The notes under the pieces were generated by a model that was not told the origin of the DNA, did not search any database, and saw only the letters and a list, made by a program, of their open reading frames with translations. DNA of 64,000 bases, taken from a virus. The DNA is taken from IMG/VR virus record IMGVR_UViG_3300020420_001038, positions 22,866 through 86,865 of that record; one strand, 5' to 3'. Position numbers and translations under genes: made by a program. Numbering within the stretch: the first letter of the stretch is position 1; the number at the start of each line of letters is the position of its first letter. Shown here piece after piece: positions 9,616 through 19,963 of the stretch.

Positions 9616-11211
9616 TTATCCGTAGAAGTTTCCAAATATGGGCATTGGTGTGGTTAGTTCTGATGTTCGATCAGTCCATTTTTCAAATATTTTGGGGTCA
9701 AAATCTGCTAATACTTTCATCATTCTTGTCATTAGTAAACAACTCATTACTAAATCATCGTGTTGCCCGGGTTTTGCTTTATAACTAAGGCCGGTTGCAA
9801 CAAAGTCCTTTAGTTCAGATATAAGAAGTTGGGAATTAATCTTCATTTTTCCTCCCTCCACAAGTTCCTTAAATTTTGTACATGCATCAATTTTGTGTTT
9901 TGCAGTGGTGTTGAATCCTCTTCTAAATTTACGTCTATGACCTTTTCTGATTGGTTCAGATAAAAACATACCCATAATATTTTCTTCACCAATATCCATT
10001 ACCCTCATCAGTGCCGCTTCACCTATTGTGTTGTTTTCCATTGAATAAAATATTTGCGGTGTTGCTGTGCTATCTTTTTCCATTATTGTATCATGAATAT
10101 GTTTGTTGATTCCTTGTAGGATCCTTACTTGTTGATTCATTGGAGTCATGTTGTGATGCCATTCAGCAACTTGTTCAAATGTAGGTAATTCAAAAACTTG
10201 AATTCCTGCATAGTCACCTCCAGTACCCATGCTAGGATCTAAACTTACTAGATAAGTCATACCGGGTGTTGGACGTTTAAACCAACGAACTTGGCCTGTG
10301 GTCTCAACAGGTGGCACTCCTTCCATATCCGCCAAATGTATACTGCTTATTAAAGTTTCGTCAAAGATTAAGAATTCACATTCATGCTCCCTTCTGAATC
10401 TTTCTTCACCTATTCTGGATCTTTCCGTTTCTGCCCATGCTTCGTCTCGGTCGGGGTGTTCACTCCAGTGCGCCTTCATTGCATAGAAGCCGTTAGTACC
10501 TACTGTTTGGTCATTTCCGTATTCATCAAATCTTTTGTTTGCTTCCTTCCATATCATCGCAAATTGGTCTTCGTCACTATTTGGTGTTGAAGTAATCAAA
10601 CATTTACCTCCAGTTGATAGTGTTGGAGACAGTGATGTCCAAAACTCTTTGGCTTTTTCAGGTGGTTGAACGAACGCAAACTCATCACAATAAATCATTG
10701 TTAAGGACATACCCCTACCTGTATTTTCTGTTGTGGTGGTTGCCATAATTTTTGAACCATTATCAAATTCAATACTGTTTCTGTTATACTGATTTACACC
10801 TGCTTTGATCCAACTAGGTAACATCTCATAGGCATAACGTACCCTTGACATGATATCTGATGCTCCTGCGTATTTGTGTGCGGCAATTAGAATCTGTGAA
10901 TCCGGTCTGAACATAGCATACCATATCAAGTATCCAGAGGCACAGGTTGTTTTTCCTGTCTGTCTTGGTAACATTGATATACTAAATCTATGATCGTTAT
11001 ATGCTTCAATCAATCTTTCTTGGTATGGATAAGGTTCGAAAGGCAGTTCACCCTTGGTTGGGTGTTGAATCTTCATGAAAGTTTTCATAAAAAACAACGG
11101 ACCTGTTTTAGGATCCATACATTTTTCAAGTTGTTCAACTTGTTCTTTTGTGTATTTGTGCTTTTTGTTTGCACGTTTAATTTGGTCAGAATCTAAACTT
11201 ACATAGGCCAT
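9616..11211 (-). CDS. terminase large subunit (gp17-like)
   Basis: PYPYQ Q-motif, Walker A PRQTGKTT, Walker B YCDEFAF, STPN, RNase H-like LDPSMG and HDDLV. Confidence 0.97.
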   Translation of the reverse strand: MAYVSLDSDQIKRANKKHKYTKEQVEQLEKCMDPKTGPLFFMKTFMKIQHPTKGELPFEPYPYQERLIEAYNDHRFSISMLPRQTGKTTCASGYLIWYAMFRPDSQILIAAHKYAGASDIMSRVRYAYEMLPSWIKAGVNQYNRNSIEFDNGSKIMATTTTENTGRGMSLTMIYCDEFAFVQPPEKAKEFWTSLSPTLSTGGKCLITSTPNSDEDQFAMIWKEANKRFDEYGNDQTVGTNGFYAMKAHWSEHPDRDEAWAETERSRIGEERFRREHECEFLIFDETLISSIHLADMEGVPPVETTGQVRWFKRPTPGMTYLVSLDPSMGTGGDYAGIQVFELPTFEQVAEWHHNMTPMNQQVRILQGINKHIHDTIMEKDSTATPQIFYSMENNTIGEAALMRVMDIGEENIMGMFLSEPIRKGHRRKFRRGFNTTAKHKIDACTKFKELVEGGKMKINSQLLISELKDFVATGLSYKAKPGQHDDLVMSCLLMTRMMKVLADFDPKIFEKWTDRTSELTTPMPIFGNFYG

Positions 11212-11252
11212 AATGTATTATTTAAGGTTAAAAATTACTTAGGAAAAGTAAC

Positions 11253-12356
11253 TTATTTTTTTTCTTTGTCTTCTTTATCTTTAGCGGCTTTTTTCATAGG
11301 TTCTGTTTTATTACCATCTTTATCTATATCGATATAGTCTGGTTTTGCCGCTTCTTGATATGCTTGTTTGAAACTTTCGTACTGCGTTCTCAAACTGTTT
11401 GCTAATTCTTCTTCTGTGATTTTATCTTCAACTGCAAGTGGATTATCTCCAGGATATTCTTTTTTCACTTGTTGTTTTTGTTTGTTTAAACCACCTGAGT
11501 GTACATTTACTAATGTATCTATATCTGAAACTTTTTCTTCTGGCTCATTTGCAAATGTTTCTTCTTGTTTTTCTTCATCCGGTTTAGTCATCATGTCTCT
11601 CATTTTAGCCATTTGCATACTGCCTACAGCGTCGTCACCTGGGACATCCATTTGCTTATTCATTTCGCCTGGGTCCATGTCTGAACCATGTTCTGGTTCC
11701 ATGTCTGGCATTGATCCATCAACAGGTTTTACACCTGCTAATTTTAAAATCTGCATCATAATTCCTGCTTCTTCAGGAGAATCAGTTGTAATTTGAATTG
11801 CTTCTTTTACCTCTTTTTTGTCTTTATTTTCCATAGTGTTTGTATTTACCTGTTCAAAATCGCTATCTCTTAATGTATGCTCTTCGTCTCCAACTTTAAA
11901 CTTGTCGCCTTTTTTCATTCCTGCCGCTTTTGCTTGTTGCACTGCTTGAGCAAAGGCATTGCCTTCGTCTGTAGGTTGTTCTGAATCCATTGCAGGCTCC
12001 ATATCCGGTTTAGGTTCGCCGTCATTGTCGTAATCATTTTTAACCATGTTCATAGCAGTTTCTATTTCATACGATTTAGGAAAAGGTGCCTTTTTTGCTT
12101 CCATATCCATTGCTCTCAAAACTTGATCTTTTGGCATTTTTAAATTGCCGTCTTCATCCTGATAATCACCTAAAACTTCTTGAGCACCAATGTGTATGTC
12201 ACTCATGCCACCTTCTTTCATTTTTTCTTTTTTAGAAATTGCTATTGCGGCTTGTTGTTTAGGGTTCATGGCTTCTGTTGAGGTGATTGCTTTTTCAACT
12301 TCTGGACTTTTGTTCTCAATCTCTTGTAGTTTGTTTAGTACGTCAATCATTTCCAT
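11253..12356 (-). CDS. acidic low-complexity protein, probable head internal/core protein
   Basis: D/E/K/M-rich, ILKLAGV motif, EF-hand-like DIDKDGNKTE near the C-terminus. Confidence 0.7.
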   Translation of the reverse strand: MEMIDVLNKLQEIENKSPEVEKAITSTEAMNPKQQAAIAISKKEKMKEGGMSDIHIGAQEVLGDYQDEDGNLKMPKDQVLRAMDMEAKKAPFPKSYEIETAMNMVKNDYDNDGEPKPDMEPAMDSEQPTDEGNAFAQAVQQAKAAGMKKGDKFKVGDEEHTLRDSDFEQVNTNTMENKDKKEVKEAIQITTDSPEEAGIMMQILKLAGVKPVDGSMPDMEPEHGSDMDPGEMNKQMDVPGDDAVGSMQMAKMRDMMTKPDEEKQEETFANEPEEKVSDIDTLVNVHSGGLNKQKQQVKKEYPGDNPLAVEDKITEEELANSLRTQYESFKQAYQEAAKPDYIDIDKDGNKTEPMKKAAKDKEDKEKK

Positions 12357-12358
12357 AA

Positions 12359-12955
12359 TTATTTCCTCTTTGGGTCAGGGTGTGGGTTAGTGCTTTTTGT
12401 AAGTGGCGATGGTGCCGCTTCGTCTTCTTTAGTTGAAATATTTTCTTTTTCTTTTGGTTGATCTTTTTTATCTTCTCTGTCTTTAAGCAATTCTTTTAAT
12501 AAACTCATGTTTGCTTTTGATGAGTGGAAATCTTCTGCGTTTACTTTTGGCGCATCTTTGTATTCGATGTCTTGTAATTTATTTTTATACTCTGAAGTTT
12601 TTGCAACTTCCATTTGTTCTTGATACTCTTCTGACGGTTCGTTTGGTTTTCTTACAACAACACATGCAGGAGAAATATTCATGTAGTCCGCTATGTACTC
12701 TTTCATTTCTCTTACAGATGCTGGATAGTTAGTTGTAACATCAAAAATAGTAACAGATTCATTGCTCAACTGTGGAAAATCCAAAGGAAGTTTTTGTATA
12801 GGTGTTGTTTTTCCTGCAGACATTTTAGAAAGTTCAAATTTTTGTAGTGCTGTTTCAAGTCTAGTTTTGTCTATGTCTTTAGGTGCACCCGCAACCTTTA
12901 TTTTGTAGTCATATGACTTTGTTGATTCTGTAAGATAATGTTTAAACGTGCTCAT
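12359..12955 (-). CDS. hypothetical protein
   Basis: ORF with TAAATA 6 nt upstream of ATG at 12955 (MSTFKHYLTE). Confidence 0.75.
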   Translation of the reverse strand: MSTFKHYLTESTKSYDYKIKVAGAPKDIDKTRLETALQKFELSKMSAGKTTPIQKLPLDFPQLSNESVTIFDVTTNYPASVREMKEYIADYMNISPACVVVRKPNEPSEEYQEQMEVAKTSEYKNKLQDIEYKDAPKVNAEDFHSSKANMSLLKELLKDREDKKDQPKEKENISTKEDEAAPSPLTKSTNPHPDPKRK

Positions 12956-12964
12956 ATGCAATAT

Positions 12965-13489
12965 TTAGTCTTTTTTCATCAGTTTTTTCATTAATTCGTT
13001 ACGGTCTGATATTACAAAACCCTCTTGCTCTTGCACACCGCTTGGCTCGTCCTTGTTACCCTGGTCTATTTTCTGCTTTTTAAGTTGTAATTCAACCATT
13101 TTCAACTTCTTATCTATTTTGCTTGATTTGGCATCAATGGCATTACGTAACATAGTACTTGCAACCTCAAAAATACGTCCCGAGTAACGAGAATCTACGT
13201 TCATTCCGAGGTCCATAAGGTTTTTGTAACTTTCTTCTGCTTCCACAGATAATTTGTCTAATTCGAGATCCGACAATTCACCCAATCCTTTTACTTGCGG
13301 TAATGCGGCCGCTATTTTGTCAAATTCAGCATAAGTTTTTTCCAATGCTTTTGCAGTCTGTGGATCGACATTTTTCATAACACTTGCAGTTTGTTCTTTA
13401 TTGGCTTTGGCTTGTTCTTTTTTATCTACATCTTTGAATGCTTCTTTGACGTTTGGTAAATTAAGAATATCTTCTAACTTTTTTGTCAT
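12965..13489 (-). CDS. putative terminase small subunit (gp16-like)
   Basis: Helical LMDLGMNV...RIFEVA, C-terminal DRNELMKKL resembling gp16; close to gp17. Confidence 0.6.
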   Translation of the reverse strand: MTKKLEDILNLPNVKEAFKDVDKKEQAKANKEQTASVMKNVDPQTAKALEKTYAEFDKIAAALPQVKGLGELSDLELDKLSVEAEESYKNLMDLGMNVDSRYSGRIFEVASTMLRNAIDAKSSKIDKKLKMVELQLKKQKIDQGNKDEPSGVQEQEGFVISDRNELMKKLMKKD

Positions 13490-13497
13490 GTTTTTAT

Positions 13498-13938
13498 TTA
13501 CTTACGTTTACCGTTATGGAAAAGTTGTTCTTCTGAAATTACTCTAAAACGTATTTTGTTTTGTTTTGCATAGGCATTGGCGGCTTCCCATTTGGCCATG
13601 TTTATTACTGCTTGTTTCTTTTTTCCCATGCTTTTACCAGCCGCTTCTAAAGATGTCTGTGCTTTAGGTTTTATCTCAATTAATTCTGCGTGTTTGCCGC
13701 CATTTTTATCCACGTACACAACAAAAAAATCCGGTACGTACACTGTGTACTTTCCAGTAAACGGATGTCTATAAGGAATTTTTATAGATTCACTTGCCCA
13801 TTTTGCCACGTTAGGATGTTCGTCACACAATCTCATGAAAGTTTGTTCCCAACTGGATCTGTATGACGGAGTCTTTAATCCTATATACTTTTCAGTATTT
13901 TTTGGATAGAATTTTCCCTTTGCGAATCTTGGTAGCAT
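13498..13938 (-). CDS. head completion nuclease, T4 gp4-like (TnsA-like PD-(D/E)xK)
   Basis: GKFYPKNTEKYIG, YRSSWE, WASE.IKIPY, YVPDF, IEIKP, NMAKWEAA. Confidence 0.9.
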   Translation of the reverse strand: MLPRFAKGKFYPKNTEKYIGLKTPSYRSSWEQTFMRLCDEHPNVAKWASESIKIPYRHPFTGKYTVYVPDFFVVYVDKNGGKHAELIEIKPKAQTSLEAAGKSMGKKKQAVINMAKWEAANAYAKQNKIRFRVISEEQLFHNGKRK

Positions 13939-14312
13939 TAGTCTAGTATATTTCTAGACACAGTTTCGTTAGTTTTGAGAGATTGCCTTACTCCCAACCT
14001 ACTTGATCTGTATCTGTTTGAGTTGAGTACAACTGTAATAAGTTCAGATAGTTGAGCCGGGTCGGCATAAGTTAGTTTGTCTAATATTTCTTGTGGTGAC
14101 ACACTATCAACTTTTGCCTGTTGTAAAATTACATATGCGGTTGCTTCAGCGGCGTTTCTTCCAAATCCTCTTTTAACAAAAAAGGCAATTGCCGCATCAT
14201 ATTCGCCTGCATTAAATTGAAATTCTTCTACGTATTGATCTTCAGATAATTTTTTTTTAGTTTCTTCTAAATTATCTTTTTCTTTTATGGGTAAATTTGT
14301 ATAAAATGTCAT
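13938..14312 (-). CDS. hypothetical protein
   Basis: 124 aa ORF, translationally coupled on both sides. Confidence 0.75.
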   Translation of the reverse strand: MTFYTNLPIKEKDNLEETKKKLSEDQYVEEFQFNAGEYDAAIAFFVKRGFGRNAAEATAYVILQQAKVDSVSPQEILDKLTYADPAQLSELITVVLNSNRYRSSRLGVRQSLKTNETVSRNILD

Positions 14313-15697
14313 TATATGTTGGCCTTTTCTGTTACTATTGCCACGTCTTGATTTTCTCTTGCAATTCTTACGTAACCTTCGTTTACTAATTTTCTTATAT
14401 CAGTAATTACCTTGTTTCTATAGACAGTTTTAGTTGTTGCAGTTGCGTTGCTGTATTCTAGATCAGATTCGGCCACTGTTAAGTTTTTCCTAGAGCCAAT
14501 ATCTTTGTAATAGATACCAGCCGCTATTTCATCCTTCAGTGTGTCATTTGTCAAGACTAAATTATAGGATTCGTCTGGTGTTAATGTTTTTGTAGCATCA
14601 AATTTTGCTGTGGTTATTGTAGTATTATTTTGTCCTGTTTTGTTATCACTTGTTCCTCTTGCACTAGCAATAGTACCAGCGGCCACTGCCGCACCTATTC
14701 CAAATTGTGCTATTGGATTAGATATGCTTCCGGCTGACTTTGCCACTTCCTGGATACCTTTTTTAGCAAGTCCTTTTAGTTCTTGTTTAACATCCTTCTT
14801 TTTAATTTTTTTAGCATTTCTATATGTGTTACTTGCTGATAATATTGCCCCCAAAATGTTTCCTGATCTTACATTCCTTATTACTGATCCTACTCCGTCA
14901 ATAACTCCACCTGGCCCAAAAACGGAATTTGTGCCCCCACCTAAAATTGTTAATGGACTAGGTTCGTTGTCATATCTGACAGTTGCAAACCCTGGTACAT
15001 CTTGTTTGTTTACTACACCAGATCCATATACAACTGTTTCATAAAAAATTTGCATTACGTTTTCCATGATTCCTGTCCCGTCTGCTTGATCAACAGAATC
15101 ATGATTAAATGATCCTATTAATGGATTAATTAGGCTCATGGATGTGAATCTTTGTTTATGTAGTACAAAAATATCTATCTGTTTTAGAAAAGGCTCTTTT
15201 TTCTTAATAGGAACGTCCATTCCATATTTGTTAATTTTTCTTGTACCAATTGGATCATAGTAATCGTCTTTCATTTGATTAATCATGCTTTCGCTAGTGA
15301 TTCCTACAGAGTCTGCTATGTGATATTCGTAATACTTTTTCCAAAAAGCATTAACAGTGTCAGCATGATCATCATGGAAAGTTATATTAATTGGATCATA
15401 TTGTATCCTTGTTGCGGCATACATTTTTTTGTTATATTGAATTTTTTCTTCGATGTTCAAACCGTACCTAGGAAGGTCACATCTTTTCACCAACATGTTC
15501 AACTCGTACAATTCCTGATTTGAAAATTTATCTATGTGCAGTCCGTTGTTTAGTTGAAAAACTACATGAAACAAGAACTTTTGTTTCGGCATCAACTTAT
15601 ATGTGTCATCAACATACAACCTAGATGCGTGTCTAAAGTCCTTCATTCCTGGAAGGTTATCTTGGAATCCTTGTAAGTAGTCGTTTATCTTTGGCAT
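14312..15697 (-). CDS. tail tube-fold protein (gp54/gp48-like tube initiator)
   Basis: PKQKFLFHV, VKRCDLP, YDPINITFHDD parallel the adjacent tube protein. Start set at ATG 15697, 5 nt after TATAAATA. Confidence 0.7.
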   Translation of the reverse strand: MPKINDYLQGFQDNLPGMKDFRHASRLYVDDTYKLMPKQKFLFHVVFQLNNGLHIDKFSNQELYELNMLVKRCDLPRYGLNIEEKIQYNKKMYAATRIQYDPINITFHDDHADTVNAFWKKYYEYHIADSVGITSESMINQMKDDYYDPIGTRKINKYGMDVPIKKKEPFLKQIDIFVLHKQRFTSMSLINPLIGSFNHDSVDQADGTGIMENVMQIFYETVVYGSGVVNKQDVPGFATVRYDNEPSPLTILGGGTNSVFGPGGVIDGVGSVIRNVRSGNILGAILSASNTYRNAKKIKKKDVKQELKGLAKKGIQEVAKSAGSISNPIAQFGIGAAVAAGTIASARGTSDNKTGQNNTTITTAKFDATKTLTPDESYNLVLTNDTLKDEIAAGIYYKDIGSRKNLTVAESDLEYSNATATTKTVYRNKVITDIRKLVNEGYVRIARENQDVAIVTEKANI

Positions 15698-15715
15698 ACT
15701 GTTATTTATAGCCAC

Positions 15716-15742
15716 AAAAAAAGCGCCTATAAAGACGCTTTT
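15716..15742 (-). terminator. intrinsic terminator after tail tube gene
   Basis: AAAAGCG..CGCTTTT hairpin with a U-tract on the minus strand. Confidence 0.65.
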
Positions 15743-15767
15743 AATGTTATAATTGCTAACTTAATTC

Positions 15768-16394
15768 TTATTGTCCACCACCAGTACTTAATGTACCGAT
15801 AGTTCTTGCAACTGCTGTACCGATTCCTGTACCTTGCGGAGTCTGTATTGCGTTGTCGTATCTGATTCCTAATGTGATAGTCACTGGTTCTGAAGTGTTG
15901 TAAGCCAATGTGTTGTAGTTCACGTTGTCTATGTATGCACCGTATAGTTCAAATGTTTCTAATACATTTGGTGCAGACTGTCCGTTACCACCATCAAGCA
16001 TTTCAATTCTGCCTGTGAATTTGTAATCAATACCAGATGCCGCTGAACTTTGCTCAAAGAAATCAAATTGTTTCTGAATCTGTTCGCCAACCAGTTTAGT
16101 TACTGAGTTGTTTACGTCATCTCTTAAAGTAATTGTAATCGGTTCCCAAGTGTGTTTACCTGCTACATATACTCTTGAGTTGTATACATCTAGTGTTACT
16201 TGATCAAATGTCAAGTTAGGTCTTGTTATGTCCATAACTTGTTTTGTTAATTCTGATCTCGGTGTTGATACTCCAAAATTTTCCAGGATCGCTCTAAAAC
16301 GATATTGTAGTTTTGGCATCAATAAACCTTGTGATGCTGAACTTTGATCGTTTGCTAGTGGTACTGTAAATTTTGATAAAGTTGATATTGCCAT
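15768..16394 (-). CDS. tail tube protein (gp19-like)
   Basis: MPKLQYRFR, YVAGKHTWEPITITLRDD, LGIRYDNA; follows the sheath gene. Confidence 0.9.
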   Translation of the reverse strand: MAISTLSKFTVPLANDQSSASQGLLMPKLQYRFRAILENFGVSTPRSELTKQVMDITRPNLTFDQVTLDVYNSRVYVAGKHTWEPITITLRDDVNNSVTKLVGEQIQKQFDFFEQSSAASGIDYKFTGRIEMLDGGNGQSAPNVLETFELYGAYIDNVNYNTLAYNTSEPVTITLGIRYDNAIQTPQGTGIGTAVARTIGTLSTGGGQ

Positions 16395-16418
16395 TTTGTT
16401 ACTCCTATTTATCTAAAA

Positions 16419-19400
16419 TTAGTTCCCTAATTTTGCTATTTCTCCTGTGTTTTTGATTCTCAACGGTATGTAAATGAATTCAACTGATTTCACAGGCTCA
16501 ATCGCTATATCTACATACAATTCGTTTCTGTCAATCCTAGTAGGAGTGTTGTTAGTGTCGTCACAAACTACTAAGAAGTCAAACAACGCTCTTTGACCAA
16601 CTAGTTCTAACAAGAATGATTCGATTGCGCCTTTAATCTCGTTTCTTGTTAATTCATCATTTGGTTCAAATATGAAAGGTTTCGCTACTGCATCTAGTTG
16701 TGTTCTTAGATACACTGCTAGTCTTGCCACGTTGATTCTATCTAATGCCGAACTTGCCGAAGTTTTCGTCAAGTTACCAAAGTTTACAATTCCTGCACCT
16801 GAGAAGAAAGTAATTGGATTTACTTTTACTTCATGCATTGAATCTCTCACTGACTCCGTTACAGATATTGTTTCGAATTCACCGGTTTTGCTGTCAATAT
16901 ATCCAACTGAAGTTGCATTGTCTACAATACCTCTTCTAGTTCCTGCTGGTGCAAACCATGGAAATGCAACATTGTCGTTGTTTGCCATTGTTCTTATCAT
17001 CATGTGTGAAGGTGGAACTACAATTTGTTTACTTGCGTTGTCAGTTGTCAATCCTGATGGGTAAAATACTCCTAAATATTCACTAGCACTTACTAGACCG
17101 TCTTCACCGTTGTCAGTTGCACCTGCTGTGTTGTTAGACCAATTAGTAATTGATGTAGCAGTGCCTTCCAATCTCATTGGTGTATCACCAATTATGAAAG
17201 CAGTATTGTTTCTGTCAGTGTTTAGATTAATCATGTTTTGGATCAATTCTGGATATCCAGGTGATGCAATAACATTGTAGCCTCTTTGGTCTTCACGTAT
17301 TGCTTGGTTAGTGTCCATCTCTGATTTTAATTGCTGTACAATAACTTTTCTCTGTGCTTTTCTTCCAAAAGTTCCTGAACCGTCAGTGTTGTTACTTGAT
17401 TTTGTAACCCATCTGTCTGGATAATAACCGCCGACTCCTTCGTTATTGTATCTTATGTTTCCTAAACCTGCTGATCCTGAACTTGGATATTTTGTTTCTG
17501 TAATATAACTGTTTTTATATTCTTTAACATTGTATCCGCTTCTTCTTGTGTTCCAAAGCATTATACCTTGTGGATATAAAACTGGATCTGGAGCATCTGG
17601 ATCTAAGAAAGAATCACTTAATAAGTCTTTGATTGAACTTGGTGAGCCAGCCTGTGTGCTATCGTTTGCATTTTTTTCCGCCGCAGTATGATATCTTGCA
17701 TCTGCAAACACAATACCATCTTCCGTCGTTTGGTCTGCTTTGTCAACTAACACCCATGCCGCACCAGTTGTTGTTACCGCAACTTGGTTTGCTGTGTTTG
17801 TTGAACTTAATGTTGCTGATGTGTTGTACTTGTAAATTTTTGGATAGTTTTCCAAATCACTTGTATCAATCCATAAGTCGTTGTCGACAAGTATAGTTCC
17901 ATCTGATTGTTTGTTTGGTGCTGTTGCACTAAACTGAGGACCATTTGGATCTGTGTTAGCGTAAACTTCTTTGTAACCTTTGAAAGTTGTTCCGTTGTGC
18001 ACCATAATGTCTGCTTCGTCTATGTTTGTGTTGTACCATAATGTACCGTCTGTTGGTTCATTTGTTGGTGAACTTACAGAAGCAGTGTAACTTAATCTTT
18101 TCCAGTTACTTGCCATTACGTCGTTACCTACAGTTGAGTCTTCTGAATCACCAGTTGGTGCAACATATAAGTTGTCAACTAATGTTGTAGAATTAGCAGT
18201 GAAAGTACCATAAGCATGAGCCGATCCTGCTCCGAAACCTGCATCTGCAATTGGAGTACCGCTTGTATCGTTCATTCTAAATTCACCACCTAGTTCGTGT
18301 GTAATTTTAATTGCGCCTTTGAATTCACCTGCACTTATTACTTCTGCTTTTAAATTTGTAAATCCTGCAGTTGTAAATGCAGTAACAAAATCCTCTGCAT
18401 CACCTAAAGTAGAACCATCACCTGAGATCATTGTAACAGTTTTTGCCGCGTTCAATGCCTCTTGGTTTTTAATTGATTCTCTTACTGTAAAACTTTCACC
18501 TGCTGTAAAACTTGGTGATGTGTTTTTAGATTGTATAACTGTTTTTCCACCTTCGTATCTGAAGAGTTGGAAATCACCTACATTTGGTGTAACGTCTTGT
18601 TGACCATCTGAACTTTGCTCAGTGATATTAAATTGTGTATACAATGCACCTGCACTCAAACCTGTTCCACCGTTTGCTGGATCTAGATTAAAGATTGCAG
18701 AATGATGTGTTGCGTGTAATGGAGATGCTACCGAACTAAAAGTTCCTGTTGCACCACTGTACAATTTAGAAATTATATTAGCACCTGCATTTGCAGATGT
18801 TGTTTTAAACCAAACTGAACCGTTCGGTCTATTTTCGTCTGCTGTTTTCCAAGTAGGTCTGTTAGTGTGTTTTGCTTGTAAAAATTTAGTTGCTTGTTTT
18901 GTACCTGCACTTATTCCTAAACCAGCAAGTAATCCAGTTCCTTCTTCGAATCTAAATGTGCCATTACCGCTTGTGGAATCTCCAAATGATAAACCATTGT
19001 AGAATAATTCTAAATTTCCTGTTGTTGCATTTACGCTCGATGATAATCCAGGAACATTTGCATTGTTAATTGCAGTGTTTACATCTGAAAGTGCTGTACC
19101 ACCAGTTTGGACTAGCACACCATTTATGTTCATGTTGTGTGAATTTGTTACCGTCGTTCCTGATGCCACTGTTAAAAATGGATGTGATTGATGCCATGCA
19201 ACTGAACCTAATTGTACCCAAGCATTACTTGAATTTTTTAGATAGATTTTGTTGCTTACGTGTGTTGTATTAATTGCGTAATCACCTTGTGATCCTATTG
19301 ATGTTTTTGGTATACCAGTTGATGCGTTTCCTACCAGGTCGGAAACTGAAGTAATCAATAGTGGTGTTTTTGCTGTAAATTTTTGATCTGTTCTTGACCA

Positions 19401-19847
19401 TTCAAATATTCCATATTGGCTTGTTGCAAGGTCAAACCAGTATGTACCGTCTGTTGGTCTCGCTGTCGGTGCCGATGCACTTCCAACTAGATCTGTTAAG
19501 TTTACATTTGCTCTTAAAATGTATGCTCTGTTAGCCAACCCTAAAAATGAGTAAGCCGCTTGTAAACCATATTCATTTAATTCGTAACCATGAATCGAGT
19601 TTCCAGATGCGTCTGAGTAGAATTTTGGATCTCCAAAAGTCTCTGTTAATTCTCTTTGTGATGAAATCAGTTGTACTTGATTAGCACTAGCAGTTGTTGT
19701 ACCTGCCGCTATACTTGAACCTGATCCCGCTAATTTGTCTTGTGCAGATGCTACAATAAAAAGTGGAGTTGTACCTGCGTCTGATGGTACATAAAAACTC
19801 TCGTTTATTACTGAAACGTCTACTCCTGGTGATGTTAAGTTTGCCAT
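16419..19847 (-). CDS. tail sheath protein (gp18-like) with a large internal insertion
   Basis: LTSPGVDV N-terminus, PWFAPAG.RRG, RINVARL, FEPNDELTR, IEPVKSVEFIYIP. Confidence 0.95.
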   Translation of the reverse strand: MANLTSPGVDVSVINESFYVPSDAGTTPLFIVASAQDKLAGSGSSIAAGTTTASANQVQLISSQRELTETFGDPKFYSDASGNSIHGYELNEYGLQAAYSFLGLANRAYILRANVNLTDLVGSASAPTARPTDGTYWFDLATSQYGIFEWSRTDQKFTAKTPLLITSVSDLVGNASTGIPKTSIGSQGDYAINTTHVSNKIYLKNSSNAWVQLGSVAWHQSHPFLTVASGTTVTNSHNMNINGVLVQTGGTALSDVNTAINNANVPGLSSSVNATTGNLELFYNGLSFGDSTSGNGTFRFEEGTGLLAGLGISAGTKQATKFLQAKHTNRPTWKTADENRPNGSVWFKTTSANAGANIISKLYSGATGTFSSVASPLHATHHSAIFNLDPANGGTGLSAGALYTQFNITEQSSDGQQDVTPNVGDFQLFRYEGGKTVIQSKNTSPSFTAGESFTVRESIKNQEALNAAKTVTMISGDGSTLGDAEDFVTAFTTAGFTNLKAEVISAGEFKGAIKITHELGGEFRMNDTSGTPIADAGFGAGSAHAYGTFTANSTTLVDNLYVAPTGDSEDSTVGNDVMASNWKRLSYTASVSSPTNEPTDGTLWYNTNIDEADIMVHNGTTFKGYKEVYANTDPNGPQFSATAPNKQSDGTILVDNDLWIDTSDLENYPKIYKYNTSATLSSTNTANQVAVTTTGAAWVLVDKADQTTEDGIVFADARYHTAAEKNANDSTQAGSPSSIKDLLSDSFLDPDAPDPVLYPQGIMLWNTRRSGYNVKEYKNSYITETKYPSSGSAGLGNIRYNNEGVGGYYPDRWVTKSSNNTDGSGTFGRKAQRKVIVQQLKSEMDTNQAIREDQRGYNVIASPGYPELIQNMINLNTDRNNTAFIIGDTPMRLEGTATSITNWSNNTAGATDNGEDGLVSASEYLGVFYPSGLTTDNASKQIVVPPSHMMIRTMANNDNVAFPWFAPAGTRRGIVDNATSVGYIDSKTGEFETISVTESVRDSMHEVKVNPITFFSGAGIVNFGNLTKTSASSALDRINVARLAVYLRTQLDAVAKPFIFEPNDELTRNEIKGAIESFLLELVGQRALFDFLVVCDDTNNTPTRIDRNELYVDIAIEPVKSVEFIYIPLRIKNTGEIAKLGN

Positions 19848-19963
19848 TATTCGTATTCTCCTTGCAAGTTTGTACGTATACTTTGTTATTTATTAGATCA
19901 TTACGTTTTTACGACAAAATTTACCATTATTTGGTGCCTATATAGGTGACGTAAATACAATAT

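Noticed and set aside
9616-11211. Intein or intron in terminase or other core genes
   Set aside because: Terminase, UvsX, gp46, portal and MCP are continuous and of ordinary length
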